From a virus (lineage: Duplodnaviria; Caudoviricetes): a DNA stretch of 39,732 bases. Where the stretch lies: the IMG/VR virus record IMGVR_UViG_3300037780_000111, positions 1 to 39,732 of that record. The stretch is one strand, 5' to 3'. Positions 30,399-39,149 of this stretch are shown piece by piece (the stretch's first letter is position 1; the number at the start of each line of letters is the position of its first letter). The notes beneath the pieces are model-generated. The model was given only the letters and a program-made list of their open reading frames with translations. It ran no database searches and was not told the DNA's origin. The position numbers and the translations under genes were made by a program.

Positions 30399-31665
30399 AT
30401 TCTGCAAATTCCGGATTAGTGTTAAGAAAACTTTGATTTCTAGTTTTATCTAATGCTTTATTAAAGTTTACGCAATCTTTCCAATGTGTGTCATACAGGC
30501 ATTTTGCCTGTAGAAAGTTAATATTATCTTGTATTTGCTGTAGAGTCACAGACTTTATTATTTCGTGTTGTTGTACTAACGGATACTCTAACACCTTTGT
30601 CTTCATTGTTTCGAGTTTATGAATGACTTTTCGTTTTAAATCAGGCGGCAATGTCTGGGCAGACAATGCTATAGGATAGTTTACACGATGTGAATAAAAT
30701 ACAATACCCATAGTATTGATGAAGTAATCAATAACTTTGTCAATTTGCATAATATTGTTTGCTTGTACAGTAAATGCACCTACTACCCGACTGACATTAG
30801 GAAAACTTTTGAACACTTTGATGTTTTCTTCTATTTCACTAAATTTGCCATTTCCTCTAATGTATTCATAGACATCTTGTATACCGTCTATGCTCACGTT
30901 TACGGCAATGCTTTTAAACTTAGGCCAATAATCGTGTACGGTACGTCCCCCTTTTATACCTAGCGTGGTACCGTTGGTAGCATATTTTAATTCTATGTTT
31001 TGGCCATATGGTGCTAATAGATCTAGGATTTTGTAATGATGAGGATCCATTAAAGGTTCTCCTCCTGCAAACTCTACTCTGCGGAAATAGGGCAGCAGTT
31101 TAGTAAAGCTTTCCCACCAATTGTCAGAATTATCGAATGGACCGATGTATTGTCCTGGCTTATCAACCAATGATTCCACTGTAGGAATGAGATAGTTGTT
31201 CTCTTTTTTATAGAACTCGGTAACTTGACCCCAATCTTTCCAACTGGTGCTATCGAGCGGGTTACACATTCGACATTTTAAATTGCATAAATTGTTAAGC
31301 TTTACTTCTATTGTAGGAAATTCAAACGGCATTGTATAATCGTCTTGTAGTGCGTCTAAAGCGTCGGGGTACAAGTTGACCCTAGCTTCGGGTATGACCC
31401 CTGCTGTATGACGCTGACGTAAGCTCTGTACACCCTGATCTTCTAGGTCAAAACAAGGCTTGCACACATCTGGTCGTTCGTTGTTGAGAACCTGACGACG
31501 AACTTCTTTCATTTTTTGTCCGTTCCATACTTGTTCTAAACTTTCATTTTGTATGAAACCAATAGGTTGACTGCGACAGCAGATTTTGATTGCACCGTCT
31601 TCTCTAGTAGCAAGTCCAGTAAAGGGATGCATACAGAATGTGCAACTATTTGGTTGCTTGTTCAA
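30391..31665 (-). CDS. Radical SAM protein with N-terminal twitch domain
   Basis: FCMHPF...DGAIKICC...CKPCF; core CNLKCRMC; FAGGEP; TNG. Start uncertain: TTG 31665 (20-bp overlap) preferred over ATG 31716 (71-bp overlap). Confidence 0.85.
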   Translation of the reverse strand: MNKQPNSCTFCMHPFTGLATREDGAIKICCRSQPIGFIQNESLEQVWNGQKMKEVRRQVLNNERPDVCKPCFDLEDQGVQSLRQRHTAGVIPEARVNLYPDALDALQDDYTMPFEFPTIEVKLNNLCNLKCRMCNPLDSTSWKDWGQVTEFYKKENNYLIPTVESLVDKPGQYIGPFDNSDNWWESFTKLLPYFRRVEFAGGEPLMDPHHYKILDLLAPYGQNIELKYATNGTTLGIKGGRTVHDYWPKFKSIAVNVSIDGIQDVYEYIRGNGKFSEIEENIKVFKSFPNVSRVVGAFTVQANNIMQIDKVIDYFINTMGIVFYSHRVNYPIALSAQTLPPDLKRKVIHKLETMKTKVLEYPLVQQHEIIKSVTLQQIQDNINFLQAKCLYDTHWKDCVNFNKALDKTRNQSFLNTNPEFAEYV

Positions 31666-32326
31666 TGGCCCATTCTCTTTCTTTACACCAAAAGCATTCA
31701 CCGCACGTAGGAACATATTGCCCCGGTGTATATGTTTTATAATTTATTTCTTCGAATTCACCTTCGCAACTGCGAGTAATATTTAAAAGATCTTCTATAT
31801 CATATTTGTAGTATTGTTTGATAATCCAATCTTTTTGCGTATGCACAAATGGATGAATAATATTGATATTATCATGAACAAAGTATGGTTTAACGTGCCC
31901 TTTGTATCTTTCTTCTAGAGCACCTTTAAATTTTATATCAGGATTTTGATTTACTCCACCATATAATGCATCTAAATTTTCTCGATGAGCAATATATTCG
32001 TTGAATGAACGAAGAATAATTCTATTTCCTGACTTTAATTTACCATATTCGTCTTCAATGAGTGTAGTGTTAGGTTCTTCCAGTTCGGGTGGTACCAAAT
32101 TTTTATGTATATAAAATGTATTATTAAAATTTATTTTAAACCAATTAGTAACATTTTGAAATACATGCGTTTGCCATGGACGTGTTTTCCACATACGAAT
32201 TTGATGTGTAAAGTGTATATCGGCATCTGTTTGTGAACAGATTAAATATGCAAGCAATGCACTATCGGCACCTCCACTTAAACTAATACCTATTTTTTTC
32301 CAAGATGAGTTCAAATACAGTTCCAT
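31646..32326 (-). CDS. QueC-like PP-loop ATPase (7-cyano-7-deazaguanine synthase family homolog)
   Basis: PP-loop SLSGGADS; C-terminal Zn site RSC-x20-CGECFWCKER; substrate not established so no symbol given. Confidence 0.7.
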   Translation of the reverse strand: MELYLNSSWKKIGISLSGGADSALLAYLICSQTDADIHFTHQIRMWKTRPWQTHVFQNVTNWFKINFNNTFYIHKNLVPPELEEPNTTLIEDEYGKLKSGNRIILRSFNEYIAHRENLDALYGGVNQNPDIKFKGALEERYKGHVKPYFVHDNINIIHPFVHTQKDWIIKQYYKYDIEDLLNITRSCEGEFEEINYKTYTPGQYVPTCGECFWCKEREWAIEQATK

Positions 32327-32353
32327 ACTGGTACTTATTCAATAAATATTGAT
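32327..32353. promoter_or_regulatory. Back-to-back late-promoter-like motifs in a 27-bp divergent gap
   Basis: AATAAATA on + (32341-32348) and AATAAGTA on - (32339-32332), each exactly 5 nt from its ATG; no Shine-Dalgarno. Confidence 0.55.
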
Positions 32354-33007
32354 ATGCTTACTAGAACTGAATATTCAACTGATATACAAAATATTACATC
32401 AGAGTTTGAACACACTAGAACTATATTAAATGAGCCTACAGGAAATTTTTTCTATGATCCTTGGAAGTTGAAAGCTCAATATAAAGGAACAATATGGGAA
32501 ACGTTATTAAGTACTTTATCAGTTGATCACGGAGAAGCCAGAGTTATTGTAATGGAACCTGGGACAACTTATATGGCACATGCTGACATTGATGACAGAT
32601 ATCATTTAAATCTTCAAGGCGACAAAAGCTATCTAATAGATATTGATAATGAACAAATGTATTTACTGGAGCAAGACGGATATTGGTATGAAATGAATGC
32701 CGGAAAATTACATGTTGCATCCAATTTTGGTTCATGTAATAGAATACAGTTAGTAGTAAGAAAACTACTACAAAAAAACAATCTAATAAATCCTATAAAA
32801 GTGAGAATTCTCCCAAGAATTCTCAAGCATGATATTAGATTTGAGTTTGACGAAAAAATCAGTCCTTGGTTAAATTCAGCTAACAAAGAGAATAAAATAA
32901 ATGATTTTTCTCACAATGATGTTAGTGCTGATTTTTACATAGAAAAAAATTATATTGGCGAATTAAAAAATTTACTAGGAAAATCATTTAAACTAGAACT
33001 AATCTAA
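32354..33007 (+). CDS. 2OG-Fe(II) oxygenase, Asp/Asn beta-hydroxylase-like, with C-terminal extension
   Basis: RVIVMEPG...AHADIDDRYHL (HxD), distal LHVASNFG..NRIQLV (His, Arg). Confidence 0.7.
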   Translation: MLTRTEYSTDIQNITSEFEHTRTILNEPTGNFFYDPWKLKAQYKGTIWETLLSTLSVDHGEARVIVMEPGTTYMAHADIDDRYHLNLQGDKSYLIDIDNEQMYLLEQDGYWYEMNAGKLHVASNFGSCNRIQLVVRKLLQKNNLINPIKVRILPRILKHDIRFEFDEKISPWLNSANKENKINDFSHNDVSADFYIEKNYIGELKNLLGKSFKLELI

Positions 33008-33852
33008 TGGAAGATATTACTAAACAAAACTTTATGTATTGCTTGCAGGCTAAAGAAGGACGAGGTTGTCTCTGTGCTGCAATGTTCTATTTCTATAAGG
33101 TAGATGACAAAATAGAAATACATTTTAAGGCCGGCAACGATAAGTATGCTGAAAAAACTAGGAATGCATGGAAAGTACCTAGCACAACAGAAGATGCAAT
33201 GGAAGGTTTTTATGAAGTTTGCAAAGAAACTTTCGAATTCTTAGAAAAAAATTACAATCAAGATTGCGAAAATTGGTGGGCTAGGTATATTTCGTTTGAT
33301 GACGAAAATAGAGTAGTGACACTTTATGATTTACCTGATAGATCTGCCCCCAATGGAGATAGTGAAGATTTTTGGATTCAAGAATATAATATAACTAAAA
33401 AAATGTTTGATAAAGGATATTTGAATGGAAATTATCCTCAAGGACATTATACAATGAATGGGCAAACTCTTACATTACTTTGCAGTTATTTTGGAGCATA
33501 CACAGGATCAAAATTAAAACCCAATTTTATCAAAAGTCTACAAAGCTGTCATAAAATTAGCGATTCTAATTTAAAAAAGAATTGGTTGATTGATAAAGTA
33601 GTAAAAAATGATTCTGTTATGTCCGAAATAACTGCAGAAGATTTTTGGAGATTAAGCCTTGCAAGTCAAATGTATAACAGTTCGATATACAAAGACGAAT
33701 ATTGTAAAAAGTTTTTAAAACTTCTAGGTCCTAGCGAGAACAAAGAATATCAGAACTATATTAATGCAGTACTTGAAAATTCTTACGAGGAATACAAAAT
33801 CGACTACGAATATATGACTAAAAAATATGCTCCTATACTAGTAATGATCTAA
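33007..33852 (+). CDS. Hypothetical protein, possibly degenerate kinase-fold homolog of 37345-38028
   Basis: 281 aa; colinear weak similarity to the 37345 protein by eye; no intact catalytic motifs. Confidence 0.5.
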   Translation: MEDITKQNFMYCLQAKEGRGCLCAAMFYFYKVDDKIEIHFKAGNDKYAEKTRNAWKVPSTTEDAMEGFYEVCKETFEFLEKNYNQDCENWWARYISFDDENRVVTLYDLPDRSAPNGDSEDFWIQEYNITKKMFDKGYLNGNYPQGHYTMNGQTLTLLCSYFGAYTGSKLKPNFIKSLQSCHKISDSNLKKNWLIDKVVKNDSVMSEITAEDFWRLSLASQMYNSSIYKDEYCKKFLKLLGPSENKEYQNYINAVLENSYEEYKIDYEYMTKKYAPILVMI

Positions 33853-34647
33853 ATGATTTATACCAAGTTTTTTTCTAAAATCATCTGTAAAAGTGCAATC
33901 AATTCTCAAGCCATATTCTTGTTCTGCTGAATTTTCGCCACCGTGCCAATCTTCGTCATTCCAAAACGCAGCATTAGCATTTATATAATGCTTGTTTTCG
34001 GTTTCGGGATCCCATACATAAAATCCTCTTTTTGTGCGATATCGTATATGAATAAATTCGTTTCGATGCTTACTATATCCCTGATTGTCGCCATTTTTAC
34101 CGTCTAAATCTCTATGTTCAAATGCATGGCCGTTATGGTCACAATGAAAGAATATTACTCTACCGATACGGTCGATGATGTTTGTATCTACAAGATTTTC
34201 TATCCATTGAACAACACCTGGAAAATATTTTTGCTCTTCGGTAGGTTCTCGAACAGCATTGCGTTCATCCCAGCTTCCCTCTTCCCAAAGAAAATAATAA
34301 ATGTATGGATCATTTGCTCCTAGTGCTGATTTTAAATATCTTGTAAAAATATTTCTCTGTTTATAATCTTTAAAATCTCTAGGAAATATATCATTGCCTT
34401 GAATTTTTATCGGATGATCTTCTGGGAGTTCTTGGTATTCTGCAAAGGCTTTGTATATCGGTTTCCAATTAATGATGTAACTCATATCATCAAATTTAAA
34501 TCCCGGACTCATCCATGTTCCTTCTTTTGCATATTCTCTTGCAAGTGCAAATCCTTTGCATATTTCTGGATGAAGTTGTTTAAATCCTTCTATGTCTAAA
34601 TGAGAATCTAGATTTATGTATGGGTTGCCGTTTATTCCTTTTATCAT
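33838..34647 (-). CDS. 2OG-Fe(II) oxygenase-like protein
   Basis: GRVIFF...EHRD (HxD)...FIHI...WNDEDWHGG...LRID; AGGAG RBS at 34657-34653. Confidence 0.6.
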   Translation of the reverse strand: MIKGINGNPYINLDSHLDIEGFKQLHPEICKGFALAREYAKEGTWMSPGFKFDDMSYIINWKPIYKAFAEYQELPEDHPIKIQGNDIFPRDFKDYKQRNIFTRYLKSALGANDPYIYYFLWEEGSWDERNAVREPTEEQKYFPGVVQWIENLVDTNIIDRIGRVIFFHCDHNGHAFEHRDLDGKNGDNQGYSKHRNEFIHIRYRTKRGFYVWDPETENKHYINANAAFWNDEDWHGGENSAEQEYGLRIDCTFTDDFRKKLGINHLDHY

Positions 34648-34668
34648 TGTTTCTCCTAAATTTTAAAT

Positions 34669-36207
34669 TTATAATTTATTTCGTATGTATTTTTCTTGTA
34701 CTTGATCTAAATACATTGTTTTCCAGTCATAATTTTCTTTTGCATTATAAATTTGATCAGTGAACAATTCATCAAATGAATAAGGTATTTTCTTAGTATT
34801 GCAATAATAAAAGGCATCAGTAGTAACAAAATTATTTTTATTAACTTTTTCTTGCCAGTATTTATACAATTTATATGCATCATCAAAACTGTTAATATCG
34901 GTATTATCTTTTTTCTTCCAATCAAAATGGTGCTTTGGATTTTCAAAATAATATCCATATTTTTCGTAATTTAAATCAAACTCACTATTCCATCTATAAG
35001 ATTGCCACTTATCTGGCTGAGATATAAACAACGGATTTATACCGACAGCATCAATTGGGCAATCTTCTTTAGCTAACCAAGTGTAATGTTCATTAATGGA
35101 ATCAGTAGTTTCGTAAGGTAGTCCTATAATAAAACTACATTTTACAGAAATTTCATCCTTCCAAGCCTCTTTAATTTTATAAAGAGTTTCTTTTTTTGTG
35201 TCTGGTCCCATGCCCTTTCCGATAGTTTTAGCACTTGGGAGATGAAAACTTTCTACACCGAATTGAACTTCTTTAATTCCTATATCTAAAAATAAATTTA
35301 TCATTTCAGGTTTTGCAGTCATCAAGTCTAATCTTGCAAAACACCAAAATTGCGGTTTGAATGGCAATGTCTGGACAATATCTGCTAATTGTATTAGTTT
35401 ATCTAAACTATCATTAAATGTATCGTCACTAATTATATATCTGCGAATATTATGTTGGTTCCAATTATTTAATAATTCTTCTTTTAGTAATTTTGGGTCT
35501 TTTATATATGATAATTTTTTCTTTCCGATCAAAGGAAAACTGCAATATTTACATTTAAATATGCATCCTCGGCCGATTTCTATAGCAAGAGTTTCATCAT
35601 CTAATAAACAATCATTTTTTTGATAAATTGTTTGACTTAAATTAAAATCATAATCGCCTCGTTCTGCTTTTATGTCGTGATTTATAATTTGCTTATTTGT
35701 TAAAACATTATTTTCTAATAAATCAATTATTTGATTTTCACTATAACCTAAAACACAATGATCAAAATCATCATTTATAAAATCTATAGCCCGACCTCCT
35801 CCTAATATAATCTTTGCATTAGGGGCGTGTTCTTTTATTTTCTTTAAAAATTTTTGATAATTTTTAGTGGTTAATGCATAAGCAAAGCTATCGTAATATT
35901 TTTTATGTTTGATAGAGTCATAAAAATTTTGTTCTTGCTTTTCTTCACCACCAAATGTTTTTTTTAAGTCTGTGCTAAATCTTTCGGTATCTAACCACGT
36001 GGTACTTATTCCAACTATGAGAGTTTCTGACGTGCAATATTTTTCTACTATTTTACAAAAATCATCAAAAGGTATTGCACTTATAAAGTCTATTACTTCT
36101 GCACTGTAACCCTTAGATCTAACATGTGAAGCTAAACTGTATGGACCGACGCTTCTTAACCATAGCCCAGGTCGACTAGTATCAGAAAATATTATTACTT
36201 GAGTCAT
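34669..36207 (-). CDS. Cobalamin-binding (class B-type) radical SAM protein
   Basis: N-terminal B12-binding-like region (G...LA...G....ID; VGISTT; IILGG), core GRGCIFKCKYC, DDTFN, FGVES, FIIGLPYET. Confidence 0.82.
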   Translation of the reverse strand: MTQVIIFSDTSRPGLWLRSVGPYSLASHVRSKGYSAEVIDFISAIPFDDFCKIVEKYCTSETLIVGISTTWLDTERFSTDLKKTFGGEEKQEQNFYDSIKHKKYYDSFAYALTTKNYQKFLKKIKEHAPNAKIILGGGRAIDFINDDFDHCVLGYSENQIIDLLENNVLTNKQIINHDIKAERGDYDFNLSQTIYQKNDCLLDDETLAIEIGRGCIFKCKYCSFPLIGKKKLSYIKDPKLLKEELLNNWNQHNIRRYIISDDTFNDSLDKLIQLADIVQTLPFKPQFWCFARLDLMTAKPEMINLFLDIGIKEVQFGVESFHLPSAKTIGKGMGPDTKKETLYKIKEAWKDEISVKCSFIIGLPYETTDSINEHYTWLAKEDCPIDAVGINPLFISQPDKWQSYRWNSEFDLNYEKYGYYFENPKHHFDWKKKDNTDINSFDDAYKLYKYWQEKVNKNNFVTTDAFYYCNTKKIPYSFDELFTDQIYNAKENYDWKTMYLDQVQEKYIRNKL

Positions 36208-36233
36208 TTTAAAAGTTTAAATCCTATAAGTTT

Positions 36234-36265
36234 ATTAAATACACTATAACTTACTAGTATTTATG
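36234..36265. promoter_or_regulatory. Face-to-face late-promoter-like motifs in divergent intergenic region
   Basis: ATTAAATA on + (36234-36241) and CATAAATA on - (36265-36258); region is very AT-rich so chance is possible. Confidence 0.4.
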
Positions 36266-36279
36266 AAAGGTTTTTGCCG

Positions 36280-36825
36280 ATGACGACTTTAATGAAAAAT
36301 ATAGCAACTGAGATAGACTTATCAACATTGTCGAAAGAAATATCACAGTCGTCGGGAGATCGTCGTACATGGGATCCAAAATTTTTTAATTTAGATCAAA
36401 CACAATTCAAAGAAATTTCGGACAAATGGGAATCTGCTGGTTACAAATCATCGAGCATAGAATGGTATAATTATTACAGTGGTATTGATTTTGATGAAAA
36501 ATTTACTTTAGATTTTGCAGATATTGTTAATGCCATACCTGTTAAAGTTTGGGTTAGTGAAATTCGTCCAGGAAAATGCTTTCCTATTCATTGGGATGTT
36601 GACGATGATACATCTCAATATCAAGAAGGGAAAATGGTAAGATATAGTCTTTATTTTGAGGATTATAGTTTTGGGCATTTTTTTATTTTAGAAAATGAAT
36701 ATATTTTTAATTATAAAGCTGGAGATTTGTATAAATGGACCGATTATAGATCTTGGCATGCTGGTGGAAATATAGGAACAAAATCAAAATTTACTTTTAA
36801 CTTTTTAGGAAAAAACGATGGTTAA
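36280..36825 (+). CDS. 2OG-Fe(II) oxygenase-like protein
   Basis: IRPGKCFPIHWD (HxD), GHFF, YKAGD, WHAGGNIG; start ATG 36280 (AAGG upstream) or 36292. Confidence 0.65.
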   Translation: MTTLMKNIATEIDLSTLSKEISQSSGDRRTWDPKFFNLDQTQFKEISDKWESAGYKSSSIEWYNYYSGIDFDEKFTLDFADIVNAIPVKVWVSEIRPGKCFPIHWDVDDDTSQYQEGKMVRYSLYFEDYSFGHFFILENEYIFNYKAGDLYKWTDYRSWHAGGNIGTKSKFTFNFLGKNDG

Positions 36826-37348
36826 GTATATAGGAAATTGTGCAGAAATTATACCTGATTCTTATAGAAAGGTTATAGAAACAAATACAGGTGAAATTAG
36901 ACCTAATTTAAAAATGAGTCAAAGTGCTAATAAAAATGATTATATTTCTAAACAACGTGACGAATGGTTGAATGCTGGATACTCGATTGATCCGGGTAGT
37001 AGCATTGAATGGGAAATGTTTTACCAACATGATTTTGATGAAATTTTAGATTTTTCTAAATCTCCGTTATTTAAAGATAAAAAAATTTCAGCTTGGTGGA
37101 TTCCTAAAATTCGCCCAGGAAAATGTTTTCCTGCACATAGAGATAGTTTCGAAAAAAGTCATAAAAATATAACTAGATGGTGGATAGCACTAAATGACCA
37201 CGAATGGGGGCATGTCTTTATGATTGAAGATCAGTTAATTAAAAATTATAAAAAAGGAGATATTTTTGAATTTAATGATCATATACATGGGGCAATGAAT
37301 GTAGGTACAACTGTGAAAATGACTTTACAAGTGTTAATAACAGAATGA
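36818..37348 (+). CDS. 2OG-Fe(II) oxygenase-like protein, tandem paralog
   Basis: IRPGKCFPAHRD (HxD), GHVF, YKKGD, IHGAMNVG; shares W..AGY...SSIEW with upstream gene. Confidence 0.65.
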   Translation: MVKYIGNCAEIIPDSYRKVIETNTGEIRPNLKMSQSANKNDYISKQRDEWLNAGYSIDPGSSIEWEMFYQHDFDEILDFSKSPLFKDKKISAWWIPKIRPGKCFPAHRDSFEKSHKNITRWWIALNDHEWGHVFMIEDQLIKNYKKGDIFEFNDHIHGAMNVGTTVKMTLQVLITE

Positions 37349-38028
37349 ATTATTATTATAATAATGTACCGGAAGTAGGACTGTGTCGCAATAACTTAAT
37401 ATATACAAGTTTGATCTCTGATGATAAAAAAACATTTTGTCAATGGTATTATAATGACGAAAATTATCATGGAGGACATAATGAAGTTGTAGATGCTTCT
37501 CTTATGGAAGAAAAATGGGAAAGAGAAGTCAAGTATCTAAAATTGATGGAAAAATATTATCCTCAACATATTCCTAATATTCTTGATATAGATCATAAGA
37601 ACAAAAAAATATTTCTTGAAATCGAAGATGTAGATTTTTGGGAACTTTCGCAATGTTCACAAAATAATTATAGCAAAGTTCTTGATAATTGGCAAGAACA
37701 AATGTTAGAGATTTTAGAAACACATAGAAAATTAAATTTATACAAATATAGTTTACATCCTAGTAGTTATTTTATAGTTGATAATAAACTAAAAAGTTTT
37801 AACTATTTTTTTGCTTATAGTATCAAAGATCAAAAAATTAAAGTTCAAGATGTATTAAGTCATATTAGTTTATCTAGAAGAAGTGAATTGTTTAAAATGA
37901 TGGAATATCGAGGAATTGATTTGAATTCCTTTTACGATTTTAAAACTTTCCAGTTACTAGCGTTTGATAGTTTTAGTAATAATTACCCTAAAGAATTTAT
38001 TGACAAGGCAAAAAAAATATATGAATAA
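37345..38028 (+). CDS. Protein-kinase-like fold protein with non-canonical catalytic motifs
   Basis: alphaC-like WEREVKYL, HIPNILDID, IFLE; catalytic-loop position reads KYSLHPSSY and DFG position reads NYF. Confidence 0.5.
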   Translation: MNYYYNNVPEVGLCRNNLIYTSLISDDKKTFCQWYYNDENYHGGHNEVVDASLMEEKWEREVKYLKLMEKYYPQHIPNILDIDHKNKKIFLEIEDVDFWELSQCSQNNYSKVLDNWQEQMLEILETHRKLNLYKYSLHPSSYFIVDNKLKSFNYFFAYSIKDQKIKVQDVLSHISLSRRSELFKMMEYRGIDLNSFYDFKTFQLLAFDSFSNNYPKEFIDKAKKIYE

Positions 38029-38045
38029 TATATTTTTAAAATATC

Positions 38046-39149
38046 ATGACAGAAAAATATATTCCTCGTTTTAATGTAAATTCAAATAGGCCTTACTTTA
38101 ATGAAGCAAACGGTGGTTATATAAATAATTATTATTTTGACGCTACCTGCGCTGCGGGGACTTTAATTTTTGGTTACACTCCTAAAATTTTTCAAAAGTT
38201 AAAAGAAGAAAATTATTTTATGTTTTCTACTCTTAGATTTAATCATATAAAATTAGATGAATATGCTGATTTAATTAAAAGAAGGTCTTTGGTTGATGTT
38301 CATTACACCGGTAATACCGGCAGTGACGCAGTTGAAGCAGCAATCAAAGCATCCTGGGATAACACTAAAAAAACTAAAATAATTGCTAGAGATGGAGCAT
38401 TTCACGGATCGACCATCAGATCTAATGGATTAGGAAATTATATTTCTTGGAAGCAATACGAATCTTTATTTCCTAAAAATCAGATAAGAATTCCATATAA
38501 TAGTTCTATTAATACTATGTCAGAGTTATGCGAATATGAATTAGATTTTATTAAACAACAACAAGACATTGGAGCAATTATTTTAGAACCATTTCCTTCC
38601 ATAGTATATGGTTGTAAATATGAATTTGATGATAGCGGATGTTACAATAAATTAAGAGAGTTCTGTGATGAAAATAATATTTCACTTATTTTTGATGAAG
38701 TTTATACAGGTGCAGGAAAGACTGGTAAATTTTTATTTACAGAATATTTAGATATAGATCCGGATATTTTATGTCTAGCAAAGGGCATTACAGCAGGATT
38801 AGTTCCTTTAAGTTTAATAATTACAAAAAAAGATTATTTAAAAGGTTTTAAATATGGAATAACACATGCAGGACATTATTTAGGAGTATCAGCTGCAATT
38901 TTAGTTTATCATGAATTAGAGGAAATGTATTCATCAATAAAAAATAAAAGCAAAATTTACAATAAATATTTTGATAATAATATGGGATTGTTGTTTGGCT
39001 TAACCACAGATAATTATAATGAATCGGAGAAGGTTTTTGTAAACAAATCTCCTTATGCAAACTATATTTCTTTTGCGCCACCGCTTAATAGTACAGAAAA
39101 TGATTTTGAATTTTGTATAAATGAGATTATAAGGAATAAAAATGAATAG
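38046..39149 (+). CDS. Class III PLP-dependent aminotransferase
   Basis: TGSDAVEAAIK, AFHGST, AIILEP, LIFDEVYTGAGKTG, PDILCLAKGITAG (PLP lysine), GITHAG, FAPPL. Confidence 0.88.
   Translation: MTEKYIPRFNVNSNRPYFNEANGGYINNYYFDATCAAGTLIFGYTPKIFQKLKEENYFMFSTLRFNHIKLDEYADLIKRRSLVDVHYTGNTGSDAVEAAIKASWDNTKKTKIIARDGAFHGSTIRSNGLGNYISWKQYESLFPKNQIRIPYNSSINTMSELCEYELDFIKQQQDIGAIILEPFPSIVYGCKYEFDDSGCYNKLREFCDENNISLIFDEVYTGAGKTGKFLFTEYLDIDPDILCLAKGITAGLVPLSLIITKKDYLKGFKYGITHAGHYLGVSAAILVYHELEEMYSSIKNKSKIYNKYFDNNMGLLFGLTTDNYNESEKVFVNKSPYANYISFAPPLNSTENDFEFCINEIIRNKNE

Noticed and set aside
22400-31665. Calling the radical SAMs MoaA, PqqE, NrdG or QueE
   Set aside because: Only generic motifs are shared; family-specific features and pathway partners are absent.
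32339-32352. TCAATA-AA-TATTGA 6-bp inverted repeat
   Set aside because: Too short and AT-rich to be a terminator; only noted as part of the divergent promoter.
1177-39081. Many 60-165 aa ORFs in the track on the opposite strand or alternate frame of long genes
   Set aside because: Fully nested in well-supported CDSs, no motifs or RBS; typical antisense shadows.
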